A stretch of 64,000 bases of DNA from an uncultured delta proteobacterium (GCA_963826125.1 CAWGVV010000002.1:137305-201304); one strand, 5' to 3'; shown: positions 32,437 through 41,609, numbered from the stretch's first letter. Made by a program: numbers and translations. Notes: generated by a model not told the origin, from the sequence alone.

Positions 32437-32464
32437 CACCCCATCTCCTTCAGGAGATGGGGTG
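32437..32464. terminator. Perfect hairpin between convergent HMA2 and metK-like genes
   Basis: CACCCCATCTCC-TTCA-GGAGATGGGGTG; a degenerate copy lies near 32387-32410. Confidence 0.6.
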
Positions 32465-32523
32465 ATGGCTTTAACCTGCAGATGCCCGAAGGCGGTATTT
32501 TGGTAGGAAAGGGTCTGGGACCC

Positions 32524-33723
32524 TCACTTGGGAAGGTACTGGGCCAGCAGCTCCGCCTTGTCCGTCTTCTCCCAGGGCAGGTCCATGTCCGTTCTTCCGA
32601 AGTGGCCGTACGCCGCAAGGTTCTGGTAGAACCCCCGAGGATTGAGTCGCGGGAGGCGGCGCAGGTTGAGATCGCGCAGGATGGCGGCCAACCGAAAATC
32701 GAAGTGCCGTTCCACCAGTTCGGTGAGTTCGAGGTCGTCGAGTTTCCCCGTGCCATACGATTCCACCACCAGACTGACCGGACGGGTCAGCCCGATGGAG
32801 TAGCTGAGCATCACTTCGCATTCCTCCGCCAGGCCGGCGGCGACGATGTTCTTGGCCGCATAGCGTGCGGCATAGGCGCCCACGCGATCGATCCGGGTCG
32901 GGTCCTTGCCGCTCAGCGCATTGCCGCTCTGGCGCGAATATTCTCCATACGTGTCCACGTGGTTTTTTCTGCCCGTCAGCCCCGAATGGTGCGGCGGCCC
33001 ACCCATGAACACTCCGTCCGGATTGATGAAAATCCTCGTCTTTTCATCCGGCTTCACCGTCAACTCAGAAAAAACGGGGTCAATCACGGCCGTACGCAGG
33101 TCGTCGGAGAGAGTCTTCAGGTCGGGAGTTTTCAAATCCCGCTGGCTGGCCGTGATAGTCACGCTGTGGATGCGTCGGGGCCGGCGGTCTTCATATTCCA
33201 CCCCCACCTGTATTTTGCCGTCCGGCATGAGGTAGGGAAGAATTTTTTCTGTTCGAACGGTGTCCAGCCTGCGGGAAAGTTTCCGGGCGACCCAGATGGG
33301 GAACGGCAGGAACGTGGGCGACTGGTTGCAGGCAAACCCGAACAGGGTGACCTGGTGCTTCACCGGAATCTTTTCGATCTGTTCGTCGGACAGTTCGTGT
33401 TCGTTGAAAAGCGCATACTCGTCGGGCGGCGTTCCCACGGGAGAGCTGAGGATGCTGGTGCTTTTGGAATTGAAATCCTGCTGGTCGTAGCCGATGCGTT
33501 TGATCACCTTGCGCGCGACGTGCGACAGATCCACCTTGGCGCTCGTTGCGAACCGGGCGGCAATGAACACGATGGCGCTCGACACGGCGCATTCGGCCCG
33601 CACGCGGGCGGCCGGGTCCTGCATCAGAAAATGATCGACAATGGCGTCGCTGATCTGGTCGCACAGCTTGTCAGGATGGCCCTCGGTCACCGATTCCGAC
33701 GTGAACATGAAGTCTTTTCTCAT
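32524..33723 (-). CDS. metK: Divergent methionine adenosyltransferase (MetK) paralogue
   Basis: FTSESVTEGHPDK, DGKIQV, GLTGRK, SGKDPTRIDR and YGHFGR..PWE motifs; Met-binding motifs altered (see findings). Confidence 0.85.
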   Translation of the reverse strand: MRKDFMFTSESVTEGHPDKLCDQISDAIVDHFLMQDPAARVRAECAVSSAIVFIAARFATSAKVDLSHVARKVIKRIGYDQQDFNSKSTSILSSPVGTPPDEYALFNEHELSDEQIEKIPVKHQVTLFGFACNQSPTFLPFPIWVARKLSRRLDTVRTEKILPYLMPDGKIQVGVEYEDRRPRRIHSVTITASQRDLKTPDLKTLSDDLRTAVIDPVFSELTVKPDEKTRIFINPDGVFMGGPPHHSGLTGRKNHVDTYGEYSRQSGNALSGKDPTRIDRVGAYAARYAAKNIVAAGLAEECEVMLSYSIGLTRPVSLVVESYGTGKLDDLELTELVERHFDFRLAAILRDLNLRRLPRLNPRGFYQNLAAYGHFGRTDMDLPWEKTDKAELLAQYLPK

Positions 33724-36700
33724 AGTGTGTCCCGACTTTTTGTTTTTATCAGTTCATTCACGGTCAGGGACAGAAGAGAACTTCCGGCGATGACCGCCGC
33801 GTCCATCAACGCGGGCGTCGTTATTCCGAGGAGCCCCCTCAATCCGGGAATCACCATGGTGAGCGCCTGCAGCACCAGCGATCCACCCACGGCCAGGGTA
33901 AGGTATCCGTTGCGGGGAGGATGCTCCCGTGTGAAGATGCTGTGGTTCTCCGACCGGCACACGATCGCGTGCAGCAACTGACCGATGGTGAGACTCTGAA
34001 AGGCAATGGACGTAGCCTGCGCACCCAACCCGTACCGCGCCAGCCCGTAGAGGTACGCACCCAGCGTGGTTCCCGATATCACCGAGGATTCGACGACCAT
34101 CTTCCGGTAGTCGCGCCCCGAGAAGAGCGGAGCCTCGGGGTCCCGGGGCTTCCTTTCGAGGATGTCCGGTTCCGCCGCTTCCATGGAAAGGGCCAGCCCC
34201 GGAAAAATGTCCGATATGATGTTGATCCACAACAACTGCATGACGTTCAGCGGCGCGCCCACGCCCCCGGCGAGCGCCGCGAACATGACCATGATTTCGC
34301 TCAGATTGGTGGAAAGGAAGAAATGCACGGATTTCCGGATGTTGCTGTAGGTGACGCGGCCGTCACGTACGGCGATGATCAGCGTCTCCAGCCGGTCGTC
34401 TTCCAGCACCACGTCCGCCACTTCCCTGGCCACGTCGGTCCCGCTCAGGCCCATGGCGATTCCGATGTCCGCGGCCTTCAAGGCCGGTCCGTCGTTTATG
34501 CCGTCCCCGGTCATGGCCACGACCCGACCTACGGACTGCAACGCCTGGACGATTCGGAGTTTGTGGGCGGGGCTGACCCGGGAGTAGACATGCACTTTTT
34601 CGGCCAGCGCTTCCATCACCTCCGGGTTCACGGACATGAGTTCGGTGGAGTCGAGGATTTCCAACGGTTCGTTTCCGTTGAGATTGAGCCGACGGGCCAC
34701 GGCGTAAGCCGTGGGGCTCTGGTCGCCGGTGATCATGACGGTCCCCATGCCCGCTGCGTGGAACATCCGCACCAAGTCCTCCACGCCCTCCCGTATGGGG
34801 TCGGTCATGCCCACGATGCCCAGCCAGGTCATGTTGTCTTCCTCGTCGGAAGCGTCGCCCTCTCCGTTCGAATCGCGATAGGCCACGCCCAGGACGCGGA
34901 GCGCTTCACCGGCCATGCGGTCGTTTTCCGCCTCGATTTCCAGCCGGTCTTCATCGCCCAGCGGCACTCTGCGGCCGTCGTCATTCATCCACCAGGAACA
35001 CCGGGCCAGCACTTCCGGCGGGCTTCCCTTCATGGCCAGATACGTTCCGCCGATGGGCGCCGTGTGCAGGGTGGTCATAAACAGCCGGCTTTCGGCGCGG
35101 TGGGAGATCGAAAGGAGCGGGTATTCCTCCTTGAGAACCGATATGTCGATGCCCGAACTGATGGCGGTGTCGATGAGCGCGTTTTCGGTGGGAGAGCCGT
35201 GAAAGACGTAGCCCTCCTCATCCGTCTTTTTCTCCACCTGCGTTTCGTTGCACAGGGCGCACACCCTGAGGAGGTCCCCGATCTGCTCCATTCCCCGCGG
35301 ATCGACGGATTCGTTCCCCAGGAAGAAGCCGTTGTTCCTGATGTCGATCCGGCTGCCGCCGGAGTAAATCCGGACCACGGTCATGCGATTCATGGTGATG
35401 GTGCCGGTCTTGTCCAGGCACAACGTCTGTACCGCGCCCAGCGTTTCCACTGCCTGCAATTTCCGGATAAGCACCCGGTGCTTCTTCATGTTCTGGATGC
35501 CCAGGGCGAAGTTTACGGTGGCAGCGGCCGGGAGCCCTTCCGGCACCGCCGCCGCGGCCAGCGACACGGACATCCGCAGCATCTGTAAAAATCCGTAGCC
35601 GCGCAGCATGCCGATGGCGAACACCACTCCGCAAATGCCGCTGCACAGCACCACGAGTTGATCGCCGATCCGGCCGAGGCTCTTTTCAATGGGCGTTTCC
35701 GGCGTTTCCGTGCCTTCAAGCAGAATCTGCAATTTTCCGATTTCGGTGAACCTGCCCGTGGCGACCACCACGACCAGCCCTTCCCCGCCCGTCACCAGGG
35801 TGCCCATGTAGGCCATGTTGAACCGGTCGGCGATGGGAATGTTGATTCCTTCCAGGTCGCCAGCATACTTGAACACGGGCATGCTCTCGCCGGTGAGGGT
35901 GGATTCGTCGATGCTGAGGTGCGACGCCCTGAGCACCCGGCAGTCGGCCGGTACGTAGAACCCCGGTTTGAGCACCATGACGTCGCCGATGGCCACTTCT
36001 TCCACCAGGACCTGCATGGGTTCGCCGTCGCGGATGACTTCGGCGTGGTGGTGCACAAACCGTTTGAGGGATTGGATCGTCTTCTCCGCCCTGTTTTCGG
36101 TGACGAAGCCGATGACCGCGTTGGCCACGGTGACTCCCGCGATGATGGCCGCATCGAGCAGCCCGCCCGATACGATGGAAATTCCCGCCGCCACTCCCAG
36201 CAGGGCCACGGGCAACGACATGAACTGACCGGCGAACATGGCCCAGCGCGAACGGGGTTCCGCCTCGGGAAGCACGTTCAAACCGTAGCGGTCCACGCGC
36301 TCACGCGCGTCCAACGGACTGAGCCCCCGCTCGAAATCGGTTTCCAGCACCGAAAGAAGCGACTGGTTGTCCACCAGGTGCCAGGAGTTGTCCCTCCGTT
36401 CCTCGGTGGGGAACAGGAAGTGTTTCAATTTCTCGGGGATAAGGAGGTCGGCGACGTCGATGACGGCGCGCCGGATTTTCTTTTCCTTCGGAGGAGGCGG
36501 AGCGTCTTCTGTCTTCCGCTGTCTGAACGGGATGACGCGCGGGCGGGAAGGCGGTCCGTCGTCGGTATTTTCCGGGAGAATGCCGCGAATATACTCCTCA
36601 ACGTCCCAGTGGCGTACGTCGGGGGTGAACAGTACCAGGACGTTGCCGGTACCGATGTCGGCCCGCACACTCAGGACGTTGGGAAAGAAAGCGAGTTCCC

Positions 36701-36794
36701 GTTCCAGAAGGGCTTTCAGATACTCCGATTGCCGGAGCCCCCGAACCTTGTATCGTCCCCTTCCGGGGACTTTCGTGTGGAGCGGTTGTACCAT
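33720..36794 (-). CDS. P2A-type (Ca2+/Mn2+-like) P-type ATPase with N-terminal HMA2 domain
   Basis: TGES, PEGL, DKTGT, KGSPE, TGD, GDGINDGPAL, M5 STNLSE, M6 QLLWINIISD; N-terminal HTKVPGRGRYK..TGNVLV; ATGA overlap with the metK-like gene. Confidence 0.93.
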   Translation of the reverse strand: MVQPLHTKVPGRGRYKVRGLRQSEYLKALLERELAFFPNVLSVRADIGTGNVLVLFTPDVRHWDVEEYIRGILPENTDDGPPSRPRVIPFRQRKTEDAPPPPKEKKIRRAVIDVADLLIPEKLKHFLFPTEERRDNSWHLVDNQSLLSVLETDFERGLSPLDARERVDRYGLNVLPEAEPRSRWAMFAGQFMSLPVALLGVAAGISIVSGGLLDAAIIAGVTVANAVIGFVTENRAEKTIQSLKRFVHHHAEVIRDGEPMQVLVEEVAIGDVMVLKPGFYVPADCRVLRASHLSIDESTLTGESMPVFKYAGDLEGINIPIADRFNMAYMGTLVTGGEGLVVVVATGRFTEIGKLQILLEGTETPETPIEKSLGRIGDQLVVLCSGICGVVFAIGMLRGYGFLQMLRMSVSLAAAAVPEGLPAAATVNFALGIQNMKKHRVLIRKLQAVETLGAVQTLCLDKTGTITMNRMTVVRIYSGGSRIDIRNNGFFLGNESVDPRGMEQIGDLLRVCALCNETQVEKKTDEEGYVFHGSPTENALIDTAISSGIDISVLKEEYPLLSISHRAESRLFMTTLHTAPIGGTYLAMKGSPPEVLARCSWWMNDDGRRVPLGDEDRLEIEAENDRMAGEALRVLGVAYRDSNGEGDASDEEDNMTWLGIVGMTDPIREGVEDLVRMFHAAGMGTVMITGDQSPTAYAVARRLNLNGNEPLEILDSTELMSVNPEVMEALAEKVHVYSRVSPAHKLRIVQALQSVGRVVAMTGDGINDGPALKAADIGIAMGLSGTDVAREVADVVLEDDRLETLIIAVRDGRVTYSNIRKSVHFFLSTNLSEIMVMFAALAGGVGAPLNVMQLLWINIISDIFPGLALSMEAAEPDILERKPRDPEAPLFSGRDYRKMVVESSVISGTTLGAYLYGLARYGLGAQATSIAFQSLTIGQLLHAIVCRSENHSIFTREHPPRNGYLTLAVGGSLVLQALTMVIPGLRGLLGITTPALMDAAVIAGSSLLSLTVNELIKTKSRDTL

Positions 36795-36983
36795 TGGTTT
36801 CCGTTTGTTTTCCGAAGATGGAGGAGTTTCGCTTTCAGCGGGAAGGAGCGGTCCGGGCCGGTTTCCCCTGGCAAGCAGATTCAGCCGTCTTTGCCTGTTT
36901 ACCCGGACCGCATGAGGAATTCGTTAGCAGTACATGTAAAGGCTATTTTTCAAGCCTTTTCTCTTCGTATTGCGGGTTCCGGA

Positions 36984-37478
36984 TCAGATGATCGGTCCGT
37001 TGTTATGTTTTTCCATGAGCGATTTGGTGAAAACCCCGAAAGCGTACCAGAATGCGGTATACCAGGGCGGAAATTGCAGCCTGCCTCTCAATGCCTGGTA
37101 AATGCCCACTCCCACCAGGCCCGTGAAAACGGCCTCTCCCAGCCCCACTTCGCCGCCCGTAATGCTTTGCATCTTCCGGTTGGCGTCGAGAAGCGGAGAA
37201 ATGATCTTCTGCGCGAGGGGGACGGGCGTGCCCGCCTTCTTCTCCAGTTCGAAGAGCCCCTCTTTCCTGGCATAAGCGGCAATGTCCTCAACACCGGGCT
37301 CTCCCCCGACGATGAGCACGCTCGCTGAATGAGGATTCACCTGAACATATTCAAGAGAGCGAAGGGTTTCGAGCTTTTGTCGAACGGTTTCGAAGTAGCC
37401 GCTGTCCGCCCTTCGCTCCGTGATCTTGATTCTCACCCTTTGGTTCGTCCTGTGCACAACCTGTGCTTGGGGAAGCAT
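36984..37478 (-). CDS. HMA2-domain membrane protein (FezC-like)
   Basis: VVHRTNQRVRIK..NPHSASVLI, then GLVGVGIYQALRG and PPWYTAFWYAF membrane segments. Confidence 0.82.
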   Translation of the reverse strand: MLPQAQVVHRTNQRVRIKITERRADSGYFETVRQKLETLRSLEYVQVNPHSASVLIVGGEPGVEDIAAYARKEGLFELEKKAGTPVPLAQKIISPLLDANRKMQSITGGEVGLGEAVFTGLVGVGIYQALRGRLQFPPWYTAFWYAFGVFTKSLMEKHNNGPII

Positions 37479-37522
37479 ACCTGGATCCTCAATAGGGTGT
37501 TACGGTGTTTGCTGCTAGGGAC

Positions 37523-37789
37523 TTAGCCCTCCACTACCTCGACCTTTTTGGCCGCGTCGACTTCCGCCTTGGCTTCGGCCGCGATATCCTCGATCATTTC
37601 CTGCGTCTCGGCGCCGATCACTTTCCCCTTTTCAAAGAGCAGGTAACCGCCCTTGATGGCCGCCTTGGCCAAGGGCCTGAACGCGCCCGCCAGAACCGGG
37701 ATGATCACCGGAGCGACCAGCAGAGCGCCGACGCCCACCAAGAGACCCGTGCCCAGGCCGTTTTCCAAATCCAAACCCAAAATTTTCAT
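37523..37789 (-). CDS. DUF5132-family small GxxxG membrane protein (Fez/MamC-like)
   Basis: GLGTGLLVGVGALLVAP..RPLAKAAIKGG..EDIAAEAKAE; GGAGG RBS. Confidence 0.85.
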   Translation of the reverse strand: MKILGLDLENGLGTGLLVGVGALLVAPVIIPVLAGAFRPLAKAAIKGGYLLFEKGKVIGAETQEMIEDIAAEAKAEVDAAKKVEVVEG

Positions 37790-37943
37790 AACACACCTCC
37801 CAATTCATCCGTTTACCATTAATAATGAAGCACCGAACCTCTTCAGCGCGTAACGAGCGGATAAGCTTTTCTTTTTCGCGCTCGATTTTTCCTCGGGGCC
37901 TTTTTATTTCATGTAAATAGAACCCCATGTTTATGTAGCCCTA

Positions 37944-37960
37944 TGTTAAAAAGATGTCAA
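37944..37960 (-). promoter_or_regulatory. 11-bp-phased direct repeat / -35 element upstream of the DUF5132 operon
   Basis: Minus strand TTGACA-N5-TTAACA, the same pattern as 31703-31730. Confidence 0.55.
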
Positions 37961-38288
37961 CAGAATTATAATGGTGTAAGAAAAACAGCGAGAGAGCACT
38001 TTTTCCGTTGTCCTCCTCGGGACCCTTCTGTTACCATTCATGGTGGATTGCTTCTTTCAGGAGAAATTGCCGGGCATCGGCTAAAAGATAACCATGAGAA
38101 TGCAGCGGAAATGAGGCGGCGTCCCTTTGACGACCACTCCCCTGCGGCAGTTGTGGGTGAAACCTCCATGCCAACAGGATACGCTATCTTCCAAAGAGAA
38201 GACAATAGCTTCGTTTGATGAATACATTGTTAGCGTTGCAATAATTTTTTGTTAGATTTTTATTAGCATTCCAGCCTCGGAGGTATCA

Positions 38289-40529
38289 ATGAAACCACTC
38301 CAAGCAGCCTCCTTCCGCGTCGCCCACTCCGTGCCGGGCCGGATAAAACTCAAATCCCGCAGCCTTCGCTCCGCCCCCGCACTGGCGGACGAAGTCGAAT
38401 CGAACCTTTCCTCCATCGACTTCATCGACAGCGCGGCTGTTCGCAGAACCACGGGGTCCGTCATCATCGCCTACGACCGGCGCCGGTTCTCGCCCGAGAA
38501 CATCGTCGACCGGTTGGGCAAACACCTGGACATCCGCCCCCTGCCCGGCCGCGCACCCGTGTCCGAAACCGATGCCGAGGCCATGGAGTGGCAAACCATG
38601 TTCACGGGAGAAGTCTCGACGTCCAGACCGGTATTCGTCGTTCATCTGGTCAATCTGATCGCCCTGAGCGGAGTCCTGGCTTTTATTCTCGTCAAACGGT
38701 TCCTGTTCCGTTCATCCCTTTCGCAGAAAGCGCTGAGTCCGCTCGGCGGGATCGCCATGATCGCCTCCCTGCCGCTCCTCCTCCGCGCCTTGAAAGACCT
38801 GCGATCCACCGGCCGTTTCGGCCTCTTCCCCTTTCTGGTCATGGGCTGCTTCCTGGCCGTCTTCCTGGGGGAAGCCATCACCGCCATCGAGATTCTCTGG
38901 GTGCTTTCCCTCGGGCTGTTGCAGGAAGAGTATGCAACGGACCGTTCCCGCAGGGCGGTACGCGGGTTGTTCAGGATCACGGACAGCAATGTGGTCGTCC
39001 TGGTGGACGGCGCCGAAGTCGTGCTCCCCGTCTCCGGTCTCAAGATCGACGACGAAATCGTGCTGCGCTCCGGCGACAGAATTCCGGCCGACGGCGAGGT
39101 TATCCGAGGAGAAGCCCTGGTGGACGAAGCCCACATCACGGGGCGGTCGAATCCGGAATATCGAAGCGCCGGCAGCCGGTTGTACGCCGGAACCACGCTG
39201 TGGGAGGGAACCCTGTTCCTCCGCGCCGAAAAGGTCGGATCGGAGACGTATCTGGCGCGCATGCTGCGCATGGTGGAGGAATCCCTGGCCCGGCAGACCG
39301 AATCGGAAAAGAAGGCCGATGAACTCGCCCACCGCATGACCGCCACCGGTCTCGCGGCGACCGTCGGCACCCTGCTGCTCACCGGCAGCCTTTCCCGCGC
39401 TTTCTCCGTCATGCTGGTCATGACCTGCCCGTGCGCCACCGTGCTTTCCGCTTCCACCGCCGTGGCGGCGGCCATCGGCAACGCCGCGCGAAAAAACGTT
39501 CTGGTAAAGGGCGGAATCCACCTGGAACACATGAAGTACATCGACACCTATTGTTTCGACAAAACGGGCACCGTCACCGAGGACGTACCCTCCGTCATAG
39601 AAGTGGTGCCGCGCGCCGCGTGGCAGGACAGGGACACCATCCTCGGTCTGGCAGCCGCGGCCGAAAATGGAAGCAACCATCCCATGGCCAGGGCCCTGGA
39701 CGAAGAAACCCGCAATCGCTCCATCGACGTCCCAAAGGTGGACAAAACGGAAGCGGTGCTGGGCAGAGGCATACGGGCGGAGATGGGTGGAGAGCCGATT
39801 CTGGTGGGCAACGGCGCCTTCATGGAGGAAGAAGGCGTGAACGTCGCCTACTTCAAGTCAAAGGCCTCCAGTCACCAGGATGCGGGCGAAACCGTGCTGT
39901 ACGTGGCCCGCAAAGGCAAACCGCAGGGCATGATCGTGCTTTCCAATCAGCCCAGAGCCGAGGCGGGCAAGGCCCTCACCTGGCTGAAAACGCATACCGG
40001 AGCCCGCATCTGCCTCCTGAGCGGCGACACCGAACCCCTGGTGCGCTCCCTATCCGGCCGGCTCGGCTTCGACGAATTCAAGGCCCCCATGCTGGGGGAG
40101 GAAAAGGCGCTGTTCATCGAGAAGTTGGAAAGCGCGGGGCGCCGGGTGGCCATGATCGGGGACGGAATCAACGACGCACTGGCGCTCTCCAAGGCCACCA
40201 TCGGCATCGGCATGGGCGCGGGCGGCTCCGAGGTGGCCATCGAAGCTTCCGACGTGGCGCTGGTCAAGGACGACCTCATGGGACTCGTCTTCCTGCACCG
40301 GCTGAGCGAACGGATGATGAAAACCATCGAGCAGAATTTCTGGATCGCCAACGCTACCAACATCGTCGGCATCGTCTGCGGGGGACTGGGCTGGTTTCCC
40401 CCGGTCATGGCGGGGGTTCTCCACGTGAGCCACACCATGGCCATCATGGCCAATTCGAGCCGACTCCTTTCCTGGAACCCGGCTCTTCCCGCGGATGAGG
40501 AGATTGCGGACGCCGAAGCCGCGGACTGA
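38289..40529 (+). CDS. P1B-type heavy-metal P-type ATPase with HMA2 N-terminus (ferrosome FezP/FezB-like)
   Basis: VAHSVPGRIKLK..TGSV, CPC in M4, DKTGT, HP, GDGINDALAL, LHVSHT..NS in M6; the A-domain motif is TGRS. Confidence 0.9.
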   Translation: MKPLQAASFRVAHSVPGRIKLKSRSLRSAPALADEVESNLSSIDFIDSAAVRRTTGSVIIAYDRRRFSPENIVDRLGKHLDIRPLPGRAPVSETDAEAMEWQTMFTGEVSTSRPVFVVHLVNLIALSGVLAFILVKRFLFRSSLSQKALSPLGGIAMIASLPLLLRALKDLRSTGRFGLFPFLVMGCFLAVFLGEAITAIEILWVLSLGLLQEEYATDRSRRAVRGLFRITDSNVVVLVDGAEVVLPVSGLKIDDEIVLRSGDRIPADGEVIRGEALVDEAHITGRSNPEYRSAGSRLYAGTTLWEGTLFLRAEKVGSETYLARMLRMVEESLARQTESEKKADELAHRMTATGLAATVGTLLLTGSLSRAFSVMLVMTCPCATVLSASTAVAAAIGNAARKNVLVKGGIHLEHMKYIDTYCFDKTGTVTEDVPSVIEVVPRAAWQDRDTILGLAAAAENGSNHPMARALDEETRNRSIDVPKVDKTEAVLGRGIRAEMGGEPILVGNGAFMEEEGVNVAYFKSKASSHQDAGETVLYVARKGKPQGMIVLSNQPRAEAGKALTWLKTHTGARICLLSGDTEPLVRSLSGRLGFDEFKAPMLGEEKALFIEKLESAGRRVAMIGDGINDALALSKATIGIGMGAGGSEVAIEASDVALVKDDLMGLVFLHRLSERMMKTIEQNFWIANATNIVGIVCGGLGWFPPVMAGVLHVSHTMAIMANSSRLLSWNPALPADEEIADAEAAD

Positions 40530-40549
40530 GGAAACACCGCGAGTCGATC

Positions 40550-40576
40550 CGGGGGGGCGCGTACCGCGCCCCCCCG
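40550..40576. terminator. GC-rich hairpin after the P1B ATPase
   Basis: CGGGGGGGCGCG-TAC-CGCGCCCCCCCG. Confidence 0.6.
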
Positions 40577-40606
40577 CCTTCGAAACGACATCCCGTTTGC
40601 GTGGAA

Positions 40607-40847
40607 TCAGCGGGCCGAATACCGGTCGTGCAGATACACGGCGAAACTTGCGGCAGGTGCGCCGGCAGCGGTGCTTGTGCACTGGCGATGCGGTCCGGCA
40701 GGTCCCCCAGCGCCACTACCGGCACGTCGCCCACCTTCCCCTCCGCCGCATCGACAGCATCGGGGCATACGAACAGGGGCTGGGGCAGATATTCGGTCTC
40801 GTAGCCTTTCCGGATAATCATGGAGAGAAAGTGGAAGACCTGCCACA
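40607..40847 (-). pseudogene. Frameshifted 3' fragment duplicating the C-terminus of the NERD-like gene at 41908-42618
   Basis: About 88% nt identity (hand alignment) to 41908-42149; 1-nt deletion at AAACTT(T)GC near 40649; no 5' half. Confidence 0.9.
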
Positions 40848-41141
40848 TATCATAAGGTTTGAAGTAATAGTACCGAACCCAGTGAAAATGGGCGTTTTCT
40901 CTACTAATTCTTCCACCAGATGCTTCTAAGCACGCCATCCTCATTCGTACATTTATTTCTAAAGTTAATCGTTAAATACTCCGACAAAATACACACGCAG
41001 CCGTTATTACTGCATGCACACTCTCGTTTGGAGAATGGACGGAGGTGAGGCATCATCGTCGCGGACACCTTTTGCCTAAGTTTGGAAATGATGGACGAAC
41101 CGCGCTCTCAGCGTATTCACTAACCAAGAACGGAGGACTGA

Positions 41142-41609
41142 ATGAAAAAAGCGTTTCTACTCGTGCCGATTCTTATGCTTTTCTGTATCGTTTCTCTTTT
41201 GGGCACCGCCCTGGCGGAAGAAAAGGCCACCAAAGATGAATGCATTGCCAAAGTCAAAGAGGCAGTGGCCATGGTTAAGAAAGACGGCCTGGAGGCTACC
41301 TTGGCGAAGATCAACGATCCCAAGGGTCCTTTCCATTGGAAGGACACATACGTGTTCTGCTACGACATGGACGCAATGCTACTGGCTCATCCCAACCCGA
41401 AACTGGTGGGGAAAAATTTCATCGGCCTCAAGGATACCAATGGAAAAGCGTTTGTTGCCGAGATAATCGGAGTGGCGAAAAGCGCCGGCGAAGGTTGGGT
41501 AAGCTACACGTGGCCCAAGCCCGGCGAAAAGAATGCTTCGCCCAAAATCAGCTACGCCTACAGAGTACCCGGCCAGGACGTTGTAATGGTGGCGGGCATT
41601 TACGAATAA
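41142..41609 (+). CDS. Secreted single Cache domain protein
   Basis: Signal peptide; YVFCYD..LLAHP..LVGKN..LKDTNGK..GWVSYTWPKPG..K.SY; GGAGG RBS. Confidence 0.9.
   Translation: MKKAFLLVPILMLFCIVSLLGTALAEEKATKDECIAKVKEAVAMVKKDGLEATLAKINDPKGPFHWKDTYVFCYDMDAMLLAHPNPKLVGKNFIGLKDTNGKAFVAEIIGVAKSAGEGWVSYTWPKPGEKNASPKISYAYRVPGQDVVMVAGIYE

Noticed and set aside
37790-38288. Fur box for the ferrosome-like cluster
   Set aside because: Only loose AT-rich similarity (e.g. TTGCAATAATTTTT); no convincing 7-1-7 or 9-1-9 palindrome.
40444-40944. ORFs 40444..40944 and 40607..40846 as real genes
   Set aside because: They are the two reading frames of the frameshifted duplicated fragment plus non-homologous flanks.
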